Source of the DNA: Octopus vulgaris
Taxonomy: Eukaryota
DNA: 64,000 nt
NCBI GenBank assembly: GCA_951406725.2
Contig: OX597822.1
Span: 90,396,001-90,460,000, forward strand
Direction: 5' to 3'
This document shows positions 1-12,829 of this stretch, piece by piece. The position numbers were made by a program, and so were the translations under genes. The notes under the pieces are model-generated. The model saw only the letters and a list, made by a program, of their open reading frames with translations, was not told the origin of the DNA and made no database searches. The first letter of the stretch is position 1. Each line of letters begins with the position of its first letter.

Positions 1-1435
1 TTCTACAAAGACCCAAAATATTGGAAAAAATTCTGTTCTGCTTCAACTTCATACACTAGGTGCTTTCATAAATAGGAATGTTTTATCTGCTGTTTAAAAT
101 AACTTTACCCAATTGAAGGTACATCTGATTTTTATATTAGGTTGTCTAAATATGGAAACAAAACTTTCTCTACAACTTGATGGTCCGTCTCTCCAGTACA
201 ATTACCAAAATGTAATGACCTATCTAGTGGTCACCCACTGTACAGAGGCCATTTTAAAAATATTTCCAGAGCCCACCCATTCACTCACTATAGGGATGAA
301 AACGTAAACATTTAGTGAAATTAAAAATAGATTTGGTACTTCCAACAAGATCACTGGTTAAACATTGAGGAAAAAAATTGGAAAAAAATGTCAAAAACAT
401 ACTTTGCAGCAAATATTAACCAAGCACAACTTTTTGAAGAATATAACATGTAACTTGCAAAACAAATTTCAGCATATATGTGAAAAGACATTCAGTTTGC
501 ACACCATACAGTGAGATGGTACAGTGTGTGGTGAATTGCCTACAGCAGCAACAGACAGAAGAATAACCACAGCAGCCAGCAAAACTCACCCATGTTGGCT
601 TCTATCTCACCAATTGATAGTGCCTCTACTGATCTTTTCTCCTCTACCCATCTTCAACCATTTGTCATTTCAGCAGCTGCAGTAGTAGCTACTACTACTG
701 TTTCTACTGCTGTTGCCATCATTAGTGTCTTGCAGTTTTTAGAAGTCCCATTCTTTTCTTTCTTTTGGTGATAGGTGTACTTTGTTCCTGTTCTAATGTA
801 GTTCTCTTTTATGATATAGAAGGTTCCCTCCTTTATTTTTTATTTATTTATTTGGTGGTATGTGCCTGGTTTAACACCACCATCTGATACTAGGGTACCA
901 TTTGCAGCTTTTGCAAGCATTTGGTCCAGGTTTCCTGCTTAGATATTTTCATGTCAATTCATGCAGTATCCTATGATGGCCAATTTTCCAACTCTTCTAC
1001 AACATCCAAAGACTCCTGTCTAACCTAGATCCCACTTATCATCTCTCATTAACATGCAAACCAAACATCCTATTTTTTTCTGGATCACAAATTTCTTAAC
1101 CCCTATCTACAACTCATCTCTGTTATCTAGGCTACACTGTTTTCAAATTTTACTTCAAAAGGTATGACCTTTGCATATGCAAATTCCACTTTCACTGTTT
1201 CATCTCTCCCATCTGGATTTCAGCCTCAAAGATCTCCAAATACATTCACTCACTTTATTGTTCCTTTATTTTCTCTGACCACCAGTAATTTGTTGACCCT
1301 GCATTGAAAACTTCTACTATACCTTTCTTTTCCCCCCAAATCATTTCCTTTGCTGACAACTCATCATAGCTCTCACAGTCATTCCACACCAATACCACTA
1401 GTGCAAAACTAAATTCTTTACTCTTCAACTCTTGT

Positions 1436-1570
1436 GAAGGTGCGTGGCCTAGTGATTTGGATGCTGCACTCACGATTGTCAGATCACAGGTTTGATTTCT
1501 GCACTGGATGGTGTATTGTGTTCTTGAGCAAAACTCCTCACATTGGCCTCATGCTGTGTGGGGACTAGCA
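1436..1570 (+). mobile_element. Decayed tRNA-derived SINE (related copy on - strand at about 19640-19895)
   Basis: A-box-like gtggcctagtg and B-box-like ggtttgatttc, followed by tgtgttcttgagcaaaac. The reverse complement of this sequence occurs near 19810-19890. Confidence 0.55.
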
Positions 1571-2738
1571 TGTCAAAAAATAGATCTAATGTTTCTTCTG
1601 CATATCATAAAAGACTTGAGTTTTTGGCACATTTCTAGTAGGTTTAGAACGAAATAAACCCTGAGATTTTGGAATGTGATATTGTTTCAATAAGATTTTA
1701 ATGGACTATTAAAAATGGCAAGTTTTGGATCAGGATGGCTACATAAGTTGGATTTTCTCTTTTTGACAGGGATTTTTCCCTTTTTTTTTTACTACAGCCT
1801 TGGAAATGATGGGGGTAAGCTTTTTATGGAAAAAAAAAATGTTGAAAAATTTATGATTTTTTTTCTACCTCTCTTCCCTTCACCCCCATCCAAACCGATT
1901 TGCCCCCCCTTTTTTTTTTTGCACTATGCACTTAAAAACAATGCAAGAAACCTTTTTAGTTAAAAAAAAATTCAAACGAAAATGTGTATGATTTGAGGAA
2001 GATTTATCTGTTGTTTTGAGTACATCACACAACCACCTGGTACCATTCTCAGAATTGCATGTTGCCCTAGATTAAAAAATAAACAAAAAAAAGAAGAAAA
2101 AAACAGGACAAACTTTGTGAATGGGAGGAAATACCAGGGTGATTCAGGGACCCTGGCATAATATGTAAGTCTCAGATTTTGATTGAAACTATATGTGAAG
2201 AAAGTTCACATCCAGAACTTCCAAATGATATTTAATTTTCTATGGAAAAAATGTATTTTCACATGAAAATAAGGCAAAATGTGTGTTTTTGCATGGTCAA
2301 ACTACTTGTCTCTTTTTTTATGGCACTCTATTGTGATACCTAATCCTAGATCAAATCTAGAAATGGGTCACTGATTGGCATTCAATCACGAAGACAGGCT
2401 TCTGACCCTGGCTCACAAGTATGTTGTCTTCATTCTAGGTCTCCCTATAACTACTATATAGATCTCTGTCTCTCAGAGATACATTGCACTCCAGTGCCTG
2501 TTTTGGTGTGGTTTCTATGGCTGGGTGCCCTTCTTAATACCAGACACTGCACAGAGCATACTAGGTGCTTTTTTTTCGTGGTACCAGCACTAGTGGTGTC
2601 ATAATGTGGCTCATAAGACTAAAATCTCCTGGAAGCAGTTTTATGCTAAGCAATGAGAGGTTAAAATATGTAAGACAAGACCAAAACAGAACAGGTTTCT
2701 TGCTGTATAGGAGCTACATGGCTACCCACATTATACAG

Positions 2739-5700
2739 CATGCATGGGCAACCTGCGGCCCTTGACATGTTGTGCCACCCTCCATGAGTTTCTAGGTTAC
2801 TAATTTTACAAGCAAAAAATTTTTCTCAAATTTTCCAATTATTAACCTTATTGTTTCTCGCCTCTTAAACTTGCACTTTAATTTTGCATTTAATTTCACC
2901 ATCCCTCCTTTCTTCTCTCTCTCTCTTTTGCTGTACAGTATAAATGCTATATTCTCTGTTTTAAAGCATCACACTGTCTGTCTGTCTCTCACGAAATATG
3001 ACATCACAAATATTTTTCTCATCTCTGCCTGTCATATTTTAGTGCAAGCAACAAGCAGTGTGTGTGTAGGAACGTGTGAATGCAAAATTTTACAAACCTT
3101 AATTTTTTTTTACAGTAGCTTTTACTCCAATGCATCTCATTTGTTCATATGTGTTTGTCCTCCATTTTACTTTTCTATCTTAAGTATTTTAATATCACAA
3201 CAATCAATGGTTCAAAGAGTAATAATAGTAATTTTTTTTGTTATCAGTTGATTCTCACTTTCTTGAATTCTTAACATTCTTAATCCAGTTTTAGATTTTA
3301 TCTTTCATTACAATTTCAATTTGATATTTCTTGAAAGTTTGCCAATATCACTTGCGAAAGCTGTTTGATTTTTCAGCTTTTTTGAAGAAAGTTTTTATGA
3401 TTGTTTCTTTCATAAATTTTTCTCTTGAATTTTGATAAAGAAAAAATAGAATTTTAACCTGTTTAAGCTTCTTTTAAGAGCTTCAGCTTTTGATTTTATT
3501 TGGATTTTAACTGCAAAATCTTGAAATTATTTAGTAGAATATTTGCCATTGGTTTATTTTTTCTCAAATGGAGTATGATCAAGATCAAATTTCAGTACTT
3601 TGTTTCAAATTCATGTTGATTCAATAGCCTTCAACCATTTTAACTTCCCTTTTCCAGTTTTTCATTACCTATTATTGTTTGGTAACAAATAAATGTTTTA
3701 TTTCTAAAAAATGTGGGCTTCTTTTGAAAGATTTGTTCTGCACTGCTGGGTTATAGATTTTAGGTTTTTGCTTTATAGACTTAGATTTTCTTTTTAGTAA
3801 ATTAGTTTAGTTTTTTTTACTACTACAACTGATGATTAATTTGAAATGATTTTTTTCCCAATGAATTTTTTTGATTATGCTGAAAAAGTATAATTTCAAC
3901 TATGATTTTCTATGAACTTTAATTTGTTTATTCAAAATTTAAAGAATAAGGATTAAGTTTTTATTTTACCTATTCAAAATATTTTTCTTAAAGTAGGTAT
4001 GTGGGTAAATTTGAATTTTCTTTTTAAGAGCTGTCTTTCCTACATATTTTTTTTCAGTTTCTTATTAGCATTTTAATCTATGAACTTCAAAATTTTATTT
4101 ATTTTATCTTGTTTGAAAAGACATCGATTTTCTTTTTTTTAGAGAAATTTAATATAGATTAATTTTTCTATTCAATTGAATTTTTTTCGGATGCTACTAA
4201 ATATCATTACTTTCAAATTTTCCAAAGTCCTGATTGATTTTTAATACTTCATTTTGGTTGAACTTCTGTAGATCCTGTTCACTTTCAGATTGTTCCTTAC
4301 TCTCAAATTTGATTTTCAATTTGAAGTTGTTCTGAAAGACCTACCTTCTTTTCCACACAGTCAAAAATCCAACCTTTGGAATATCCAAATCCCAAATATG
4401 TTGAAGGAAAGAAAGTTAGATGAAGGTCATGTGTTTCAAGATAAGTGGATGGCAGATTATTTTTTTGTACTATGGAATGAGAAACCAGTGTGTCTCATTT
4501 GTTGAGAGTCTGTTACTATTCTGAAAGAATATTATTTGAAAAGACACTACTGTACAAAACATTCCCAGTATTGCAATCAGGCGAGGGAAGGAAGGAAAAG
4601 TTGAAAAATTGAGAAAAGCCTTAATAGGATAACAAATATTTTTTGTCAATAAACAGAACAAGAGTAATAATATTGTCCAAGCTGGTTACATTATTGCTGA
4701 AAAAATCGCAAAACATTCAACAAACTACAGTGATGGAGAATTTGGAAAAGAATGTTTACTCGTATCTGAAATCGTGTGTCAAGAAAAAAAAGCCTTTGAA
4801 AATATTAGCCCATCTCACAGAACTGTGACAAGGCGTATTGAAGAATTGAGATCTGACGTAGAATCAAGTCTAATGAAGCTGTGCTCAAAATTTGAAACTT
4901 TTTCTTTAGCCACAGACAAGAGTACTGGTGTAACATAACCCAGCTTGTAGTGTTTGTGTTTTGTGTTAACTCCGATTTTAATATTACCGAAGAGATGCTT
5001 GGACTGCATGCCATGAAAGGCACTACAAGCGAGGACATTTTTCAGAAAGTGAAAATCTTAATGAAAAATCCAATCTTACCTGCCTTGGTTGGAAGTAAAA
5101 ATGGGTTCATTTTAAAAATAAAAGCAGAGATTTCAATGTACAAGGAACCTGGCAGCATCGTTGCATTTTATTGTATGATTCATCAGCAGAATTTAAGTGC
5201 AAAATCTATGAAGTTTTCAAATGTCATGTCCATTGTTGTGCCATGTGTCAACATCATAAAGTCAAGACCCTAAATCTGCTTGTCCATGCCGTGCCAAGGT
5301 CAGAAAGTGGAAAATATTTCCATCTCTTAGTTGCCTCTCCCAAAGCTGAAGTTTGGTTTCAAACACCTTGACATGTTTATACATATCATGAACAAGATGA
5401 CCTCTACCCTTCAATTTCAAATTTAGTTCATTTAAATAGGATGTATGGTTCACAAGGAAAGCTAAATCACGAACCCAGTCTTCATTTTGAAGTTCCAAAG
5501 CAAAAATTTCTACTCTGAGCACACAGAATTGGTTCAGCATACTTCGCAATAATAGGTATGCATCAATATCTGTAATTTAAAGAATTCTTAGAATATATTG
5601 ATGCAGAGTATGGTACCCTTGCCTATTGTTGCGAGGTAGGATGGATAAGTAAGAGTAGGATACTGAAGCAATTCTATGTGCTCAGAGGAGAAATTTTTGC

Positions 5701-5855
5701 TTTCAAGGATATGAAAGGAAAGTTTGCTTTGGAACTTCAAAATTAAGACTGGGTGCATGATTTAGCTTTCCTTGTGAACCTTACATCCTATTTAAATTAA
5801 CTAAATTTGAAATTGCTGGGTAGAGGTCATCTTGTTCATGATATGTATAAACATA
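2739..5855 (+). mobile_element. Defective hAT (SPIN/Charlie, GTF2IRD2-like) transposon with an internal inversion
   Basis: Terminus catgcatgggcaacctgcggccc at 2739. Transposase relic from 4398: KERKLDEGHVFQDKW..YFFV..KPVCLIC, GLHAMKGTTSEDIF, YCMIHQQNL, VVPCVNIIKSR, DLAFLV..LNELNLKL. Contains stops and frameshifts. Confidence 0.88.
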
Positions 5856-7329
5856 TCATCCTCCATTGTCCTGGACTTCTGCTTTGACTCACTGAGCTTC
5901 TCCAGCTCTGCTTCCTGAAGATGATTTTGGCGCTTTTGCACCTGATCGAATCTGTCTTGTTTTTTGCTGCTGAGAAACACTTGCTTTACAGCATCCCTCC
6001 TTGCTCCTCATGTTTCCAATGTAAAGCATCAGCTTGTGGTATTGCATCAGGCACAGCGATCGCTGCCATATTTCTGCTATTTCTCATTTTGTCTACTTTG
6101 AACTCACTTGAACTCTTGTATATAGACTGGAACTTTTCTTTGCTTGCTCCTAGTTTTGCATTTCAGTTGCTACTTTTTAACTTTTCAGGATCCTTCCTAT
6201 CCATATGCATGTTTTTGGATGTTCTATATTTTATTTGTAAAATTTTTCAACATTCCTACACACATGCACCACATATTATGCCTTCATTAGTTGCAGTCGC
6301 ATACCACACTGTGTCGTTCTTGCCATGCACACTCACACACTGCATCAGTCATGCAGTGACTGGCACATTCAGCACTCACGTGCATACTAATGCTACCTCG
6401 GCCATGCAGCAACTGCACACTGTACACACAAAGTGACACTGCTATTCAAGCTCACCCAAATAGATCCTCTTCTGCACACATTCCCTGGATTCTCTCTCTT
6501 GATATGCACATTTTATTTTTCTCAGCTTTGCCTCACATTCACCAACACAAATACTTTTCACAATTCTGAACGTTGGTTTCATTTTGCTGGTCCTTTGCAT
6601 TTTTTTTATTCCTCCTGACAATAATCACCTGAGATGGTAAAGGGCATTCAACACAGCTTAACTTTTTCACAACACTGTATTTGTCATCCTGGCTTGTTTG
6701 TATTGGCTTGCAGTCTGCAGTGGGGCAGTGTAGTGAGACATGAAAGAGCTATTGTTGTGGTAGCATAGCACAGTCGTGCTCTGGCCTCTTCATCCAATTA
6801 GAGCTGGCTGCAGAAGGATACATGTAACTTCTGTCTAGCAGTAAACGTGTCTTTTTCAAACAGGAACTAGCTAAATCAGTTGCGGATTTGATAGCCCAAG
6901 TGGCAACATCACTCTTTCTGCTGTGAGTCTTTTACAGTGTTCTCTACCAACACCACGCAACTCATTTCACTTATATCTATCACCATCCTGCAGCCTATAA
7001 GCACCAAACTTAAATATATAGTAAGTCATGCAAAATTCATTCATGTCTAGCTACACATTTCTCATTCTCCCAATACTCTGCATTTTTTAACATTTACACC
7101 CAAAGATAAAAATTTATTCTCATATGCTCACTTTACTTAGCACTTATCAACAATCTAAAATAAATTACCATGCTTTATGAGCAAAACATGCCTTCTGACA
7201 TTTATTTCTACATACACTTCATTCCACGTTATATTGTGACATTGTTATCTTCCAACACATTACATTTGAACACGTTACAACTTTGAACTAACTTGCCTAC
7301 CAATCCACTAAACTGGTGACCCCCACAAC

Positions 7330-8830
7330 TCACTAAATCCCCTTGGTTGCTTATTAGATCACCTAGGTAATAGAAACCATTCAGTTCTATATTTAAGAGA
7401 TGAAGAATTATGTACATTATTTACATTATTTATGGGCATATGGCATAGTGGTTAAGAGTGCAGGCTACTAACCCCAAGATTCTGAGTTCAATTCCAGGTA
7501 GTGACCTGAATAATAATAATAATATCGAAAAATACCTTAGGAATGAGAACCCAGGTTTGAAATTTCCTGAAGACACCTGATGAGGGCTGGAGGGTATATC
7601 AGCTGAAACATGTTGACAAACAAGATGAGGACATATCTGTCAAATGTAAATAATGAATAGAAACCATTTACTACTTCTAGGGACCTCATGGTTATCTGAG
7701 AAAATCTGTTTTCATGTACTTTTAGTGTTTATTGCTCCTGCACATATGCCACATATGAAATCTACTTTCACTGTTATGCTTCTTGTGGATCCTCTGCACA
7801 TCTTGAGTGTTAAGTCTGCATTGGGTATACTGTATGGAATTTCCATTCCTTCACTTCCATCAGGGAAATGGCCTTGCTTCATATGTAGAAGAGTTCTATC
7901 TGTTTTCCTGTTTACTAAATCTTTGGTCTTTGCTAAATTAAGTATGAACCTTTTGATTACAGGTTTTTTTCCACACCTGGGATTTTTTTGAAATTCTACA
8001 GATTCAGTTTTAATAATGAGTATGTCTGCATACAGTAGATCCTATGAGCAATCAATCTGAAACGTTTCTGTTATGACCTGAAGGACTGCAATAGATAGGA
8101 GACTTAGAAGCAAGCCCTGATAACTTTTACTTGCATATTTGTTGTCAAACTCTTTTTCAATTCTCACCTCACAGCACCCCGGTACATGGCATCTATGGCT
8201 CTCACAAGCTCTTCTTCTATCTTAGTTTCCTCAGTGACTACCAGATCACAAAGTGAATGACCCTGTCAAAAGCTTTCTTCCAGGTCAACACATGCTAAGC
8301 ACAGTGGATCACTTTTAGCATAGTACTTCATGAGGAAGAGGGAATCTGTAGTATTTTCTGTGGTAAAAACCAAACTTCATCGCATCTAACTCTCTCCCTA
8401 ATTAATTGAACTACAACTGTTTCCATAACTTTCATGGCCTGGTCCAGCAATTTGATACCTCTGTAATTACCGCTCTCTAAGTCATCTCTTTTACACTTGT
8501 AACAGTTAACTAAAATGCTGCTATATCAGTCTTATATATCCTGATTGGACTCTGTGAGTAACTAGGCCATATCCTAGTCTGCTAGATATTTTAAGCATCT
8601 CAGCAGTAATTTCTGATAGACTAGGGACTTTCTTGCCTTCATATCCATAATTGCTTTATCTGTCATACTGCTATCAACTAGAATGGCTGATCCCTTTGTT
8701 GAGTCCTTATTGGGAACATCTCTCTCCTATACAGTCTTCTTTCATAGAAACCACTTTCATGCAAGTTTACAATTATCCATTTGTATGCATTTCTCTCCCA
8801 TAATGTCTTGGTTTTCTCTGCATTACCTTG
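7330..8830 (-). mobile_element. Decayed RTE-clade LINE (RT region), interrupted at 7382-7655
   Basis: The minus strand gives LEVVNGFYYLGDLIS, ELLYAD-like, EKAFDR-like and YRGIKLLDQAMKVME. Homologous to the copies at 23190-25100 and 58760-59850. Confidence 0.8.
7382..7655 (+). mobile_element. tRNA-headed short retroelement with a hammerhead-like core and 13-bp TSD
   Basis: A box tggcatagtggttaag, B box gagttcaattcc, CTGATGA(7577)..GAAAC(7605). The flanking direct repeat aatagaaaccatt is at 7369-7381 and 7656-7668. Confidence 0.75.
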
Positions 8831-10139
8831 TAGTTTGGAATACCTAATATCTCTCTTCCTCATCCTGCAGAACATTGGCAAATCACTTACTTTCTGCATA
8901 TATCCTTACTAAATCATTATGTTACCTCGCTTTTCTTTTAGGTGCCTGGTATAAATCTCTGTTGTTATCACTCTTCCACTTCTGTTTCTATGTATTTCAC
9001 TCTTCTACAACCGTATCACTTTCTATCTTTAGCCCTCAGAAGGTTGTCATGTAGAGCTTCTGGTTGTCTTGTGTCATATGCCTTTCATCTACTCCTCCTT
9101 GTCAAATGGCTTCAGCTAGTACTTCTCTAAAATGCACATGATTATTCTGAGTGCAATTTCAACACTAGTAAATACAGATTTCAAGTTGATGGAAATTAAA
9201 TTTCTATACAATGCAGGGAGCATCTTGCAGTTTCATTAAGAATAAAATAGAAATTTAAGATGCTCACATTCATTTAGAAGGTCTCCATAATTGAGGTTTT
9301 TGCAATATATACATTAACCAGATGTTTATATTCTCTGTTTGAATTTAGCAAGAGTCTCAAACAAGGAGAAAAGTTTCTACTGAACTTTCCACTGTTCCTG
9401 AGAAGTACCTCTTCATCTGATCCATCATAACTACTGGGACACGAACTTCAATTTTTTTGTTTTCTCCCATCACTATAATCTGAATCTGTACTCTTACTTC
9501 TAGCCTTCAAGACTGATAGCATCAAATATGTTCACTTCTAACTGTAAGACTTGATTTTTGGGAATGCCATTCTAACAACTTGCTAGAAAGTTTGTTTTCA
9601 GGTTCTATATTTTCTTACTCAATTGTTCTGTTTTTTTTAAAATTTGAGATCACCTCCTATTCATTGTCACGTGACAAAGGAGTCTGGTGTATATTTTAAC
9701 TTTCTTGAAACTTCTAAGTAGAATCTGAAAAGTATCAAAATGTGACAACAAATAACTGATTGACCACAGCATCTTTTCCTAAAGCTGAGGTCAGAATAAA
9801 TCATAAAAATATAAAAGCAAATGAAAGTAAATATAGATTGTGAATAAAGTCAAGAATTTTACAATCTGTAAACAACGCACTGCCACTTTTACCCCTACCA
9901 AGTTTAAGCTGTTTCCAGGACATGATTCAGTAGATATATCAATGATTACAATCCAGTATAGTGTCCAGACATATGAAGTGCATTCAAAAAGTATCCAACT
10001 TTATTTTTTCCTGCCAAAACTAATGCTGCATGGGTAAAATCCTTTGGGTGGGAGGTGATACCACCCTTCCTGTGCATGCATGAAAATTTCCACACTGGTA
10101 GGCCATGAATGCATTCAGTCATCTTGTGTGATAATGAGA

Positions 10140-10830
10140 ATCTGACAGGTGCGTACAATACATCTGTACTCTAGGTGTAACAGCATGGAACTGACATGGC
10201 CTATTGGCACAAAAGTTTTATGTATGCACAGGAAGTGTGGCTTCCCCTTCCAAAAGGATTTTGCCTAAGTGGAGCACAAAGAGTATGACCCATTAGTTTA
10301 GTAAATTCCTCACAAATGTTTACTGATAATGCATGCAATAAGCTCCCTTTTCTAGGACTTCCATACGCTTGATATGTTCTTCCAAAAAACGGTAAAATTT
10401 ATTCAAAAGCTTTAAATTGCCCAGTTTCCATTTTTTCCTAACCTAATAATTTGATTATGTTTATGAAATGGCAAACCTTTGGATGCAAGAAAGTTAATTA
10501 TAGAAACCATATGTCTCAATACTTCCTGCCAGTATTCTTGCCCTAAAGAATAAAATTTAAGTAATAAACTACACTTGATGCAGTTCCTTGATGCCAAATC
10601 AAATTGTTGCCATGTTCAACAATATTATTGTGTTTTCACATAAAGGGATTCTGTCTTGGACAACAGGTCATATACAGAGCAGTAGAAATGACCTTAGGAT
10701 GGTGAATACTCACTTGCCATTCTGCAGTTCATGTTTGAATATGTTCTTTGTTAAATATTTTGTCTGGGTTTTGTTTCATTTTACACTCTGTGAATTTAAG
10801 AAGTCACTCTCATGATTCTGACACTAACTC
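10140..10830 (-). mobile_element. hAT-Tip100/ZMYM1-like transposase relic
   Basis: ORF 10412..10597 EYWQEVLRHMVSIINFLASKGLPF..GKNGN matches the YW..VL.R..IKFLA..GL.F.G..NGN motif. Confidence 0.7.
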
Positions 10831-11260
10831 ACTTTGAATCTATTGATTAACTGTGTTAGTATTCCTAATGTTTTATAGCCCCCAGCTCTTTTGCTTTTGT
10901 AGATTTGGGTATTTCTTGTTATGGAGTTTTCTTAGCTGCAGGAACAGGTTATATTATAGGCATATCTGTTGGAACTGGATGATTTTATGCAGTAATGGAG
11001 ATAGATGACTGTACTAGTGGCCTATGTTGTACCTGAATTGAGCCAAGCTGTTATTTTTGCAAGTTTGCCCATCTCCTCCTCCTCATCTCTTTCTCTGCAC
11101 TGTAAAATCTGTTACTTCATTTCAGTTGAAGACTTATCTTTATTTATATACAAGAATTGAACAAAAAAAAAAAAAATGATCTGACTTTAAAAATTAAGAT
11201 ATTCATTCTAAAATATATATTTTTTCTATTAACAAATATATTTACAGTTCAGTTTTGTAT

Positions 11261-11291
<31 letters not shown>

Positions 11292-11394
11292 TTGATAAAA
11301 ATTTACAAACATATGTAGATAAGTATTGGGCCCTTAGACCTGTGGGACTGACTCTTGGACAACTGTTCAGTGTGCCCATGCCTTACAGCACTAG

Positions 11395-11850
11395 ACACAA
11401 GTGTTGTCTCTGCAACTATCATCCAGTCTGGCACCTTGAATTCAACATCCATTATTCTTTTGAATAGGTTAAGAACTTTGTAGAATGCAGAACTTCCTAT
11501 ACAGGTAACTGGCTATCAGGTCTTATCCAAGTGTTTTTCCATTTAGTAATGTTACTTTAAGGGATTTTTGAGATTTCCTCTCAGAATGACTCCAGATCAT
11601 TTTGGGGAGGAGGAACATTTACAAACTTGATGATATGGCCTTTTGCATTGCAGTTATGCTGTTGCAAACTTGTAGTTTAGAGTTCACTCCTATTTTCTTG
11701 TAATTTCTTAGAATGACAAAGCTTTGGGCTTTTTACTTGTAGTTTGTGTTTAAGAGCAAGTAACTTTCTTGTGTTTTTCATCAGCAGTCCTCATAGTTTT
11801 GGTAGTTTACCGTAAAGTCAAAGCTGGTGGCTCTTGAGTTCATTACTAAG
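11395..11850 (-). mobile_element. Possible R4/Dong-like non-LTR retrotransposon relic
   Basis: Minus-strand fragments PPPQNDLESF*EEI, (N)WKTLG*DLIASYLYRK and VPDWM resemble FW..IW / WKAPGPD..FWYK / IPEWM. Heavily decayed. Confidence 0.4.
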
Positions 11851-12049
11851 TTCATTTGCAACTGAAAATATAAGCTGAATTTCTGATATTTATTTTGAGT
11901 GTTTTTTATTTATTTATTTGAGAGACAGAAATATTCCATTTTTGTGAATTCTTATTTCAGTCAATTTCTGTTAGCCTTATCTATCAGCTGTATGCATGAT
12001 TTTTGCAATCTAAGAACACCACATAGCTACAAAATACCTGACGGACAAA

Positions 12050-12720
12050 ATGTGATAGTAAAGATCTTAAACACTAAAGCAGTGCTGCCCAACGTCATGG
12101 ATAATGTTGTGAAAGCTGTCAACTTCATTCGGAGTCGCGCATTAAATTATCGACAATTTCAAAATTTTCTTGAGATAAACGCCGAATTTTCTGGCATTCC
12201 TTACTTTACCGAGATCAGGTGGCTCAGCCATGGATGTACTTTGAAACATTTTTACAATATTCAAGAACATGTGGCAGCATTTCTTGAAGCAAAAAGAAAT
12301 TTATGCATCAATTTTGATGATGACAAATGGATGAATGATTTTGCCTATCTGGTGAACATTACACACAAACTGAATGAGTTGAATGTGCGGTTACAAGGAA
12401 AAGAAAAACTCATCCATAATTTGTTTGGGGAAGTGACAGCTTTCCAAAAGAAACTGGATTTGTGGATTACTCAAATTGCTGACAGCAATTATGCTCACTT
12501 TCCTCGCCTTCAGGAACAGCCACACATTTCAGCCATAAATCGGGGAATTCTTTGTGAGTGAGTTAAAACGGGTGCAGGAAGAATTTGCTAGGAAATTTAA
12601 GGATTTCCGTGCTTGTGGAGACATGCTGAAAATTTTTTCAATGCCTTTTGACGTGATGTTTTGAAAATGCAGTTTTGGCAATGATATGCAAAGTTGTCAT
12701 GAAAGATCGTCATGAAATGA
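12050..12720 (+). mobile_element. hAT (GTF2IRD2/SPIN-like) transposase fragment, different family from the 4398-5855 copy
   Basis: ORF 11899..12561: VKAVNFIRSRALNYRQFQNFL, YFTEIRWLS, DFAYLVNITHKLNELNVRLQGK. Confidence 0.88.
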
Positions 12721-12829
12721 GAGCTTTAGAGGGCTGAAAATAATGTAGCTATTGTCTGTATACTGTATGAGGTTATCAAAATCTCATAACCCCTTAGGAT
12801 TTTTTCAAAGTCAGTACAATTATGTTTCC

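Noticed and set aside
3520-3560. Minus-strand KPMANILLNN resembling L1 ORF2 KPTANIILNG
   Set aside because: The expected following QGCPLSP motif is absent, so the match is likely chance.
5921-6436. 171-aa plus-strand ORF
   Set aside because: It has no recognisable domain and low-complexity composition. It is more likely the antisense of a decayed retroelement ORF1 or UTR.
7434-7505. tRNA-like sequences here and at 23885, 1436 and 39317
   Set aside because: They have A/B boxes but no complete cloverleaf, and they continue into SINE bodies.
11899-12561. 220-aa ORF as a domesticated GTF2IRD2/EPM2AIP1-like gene
   Set aside because: Only a middle fragment is transposase-like. The frame breaks at 12561 and the N-terminus is unrelated.
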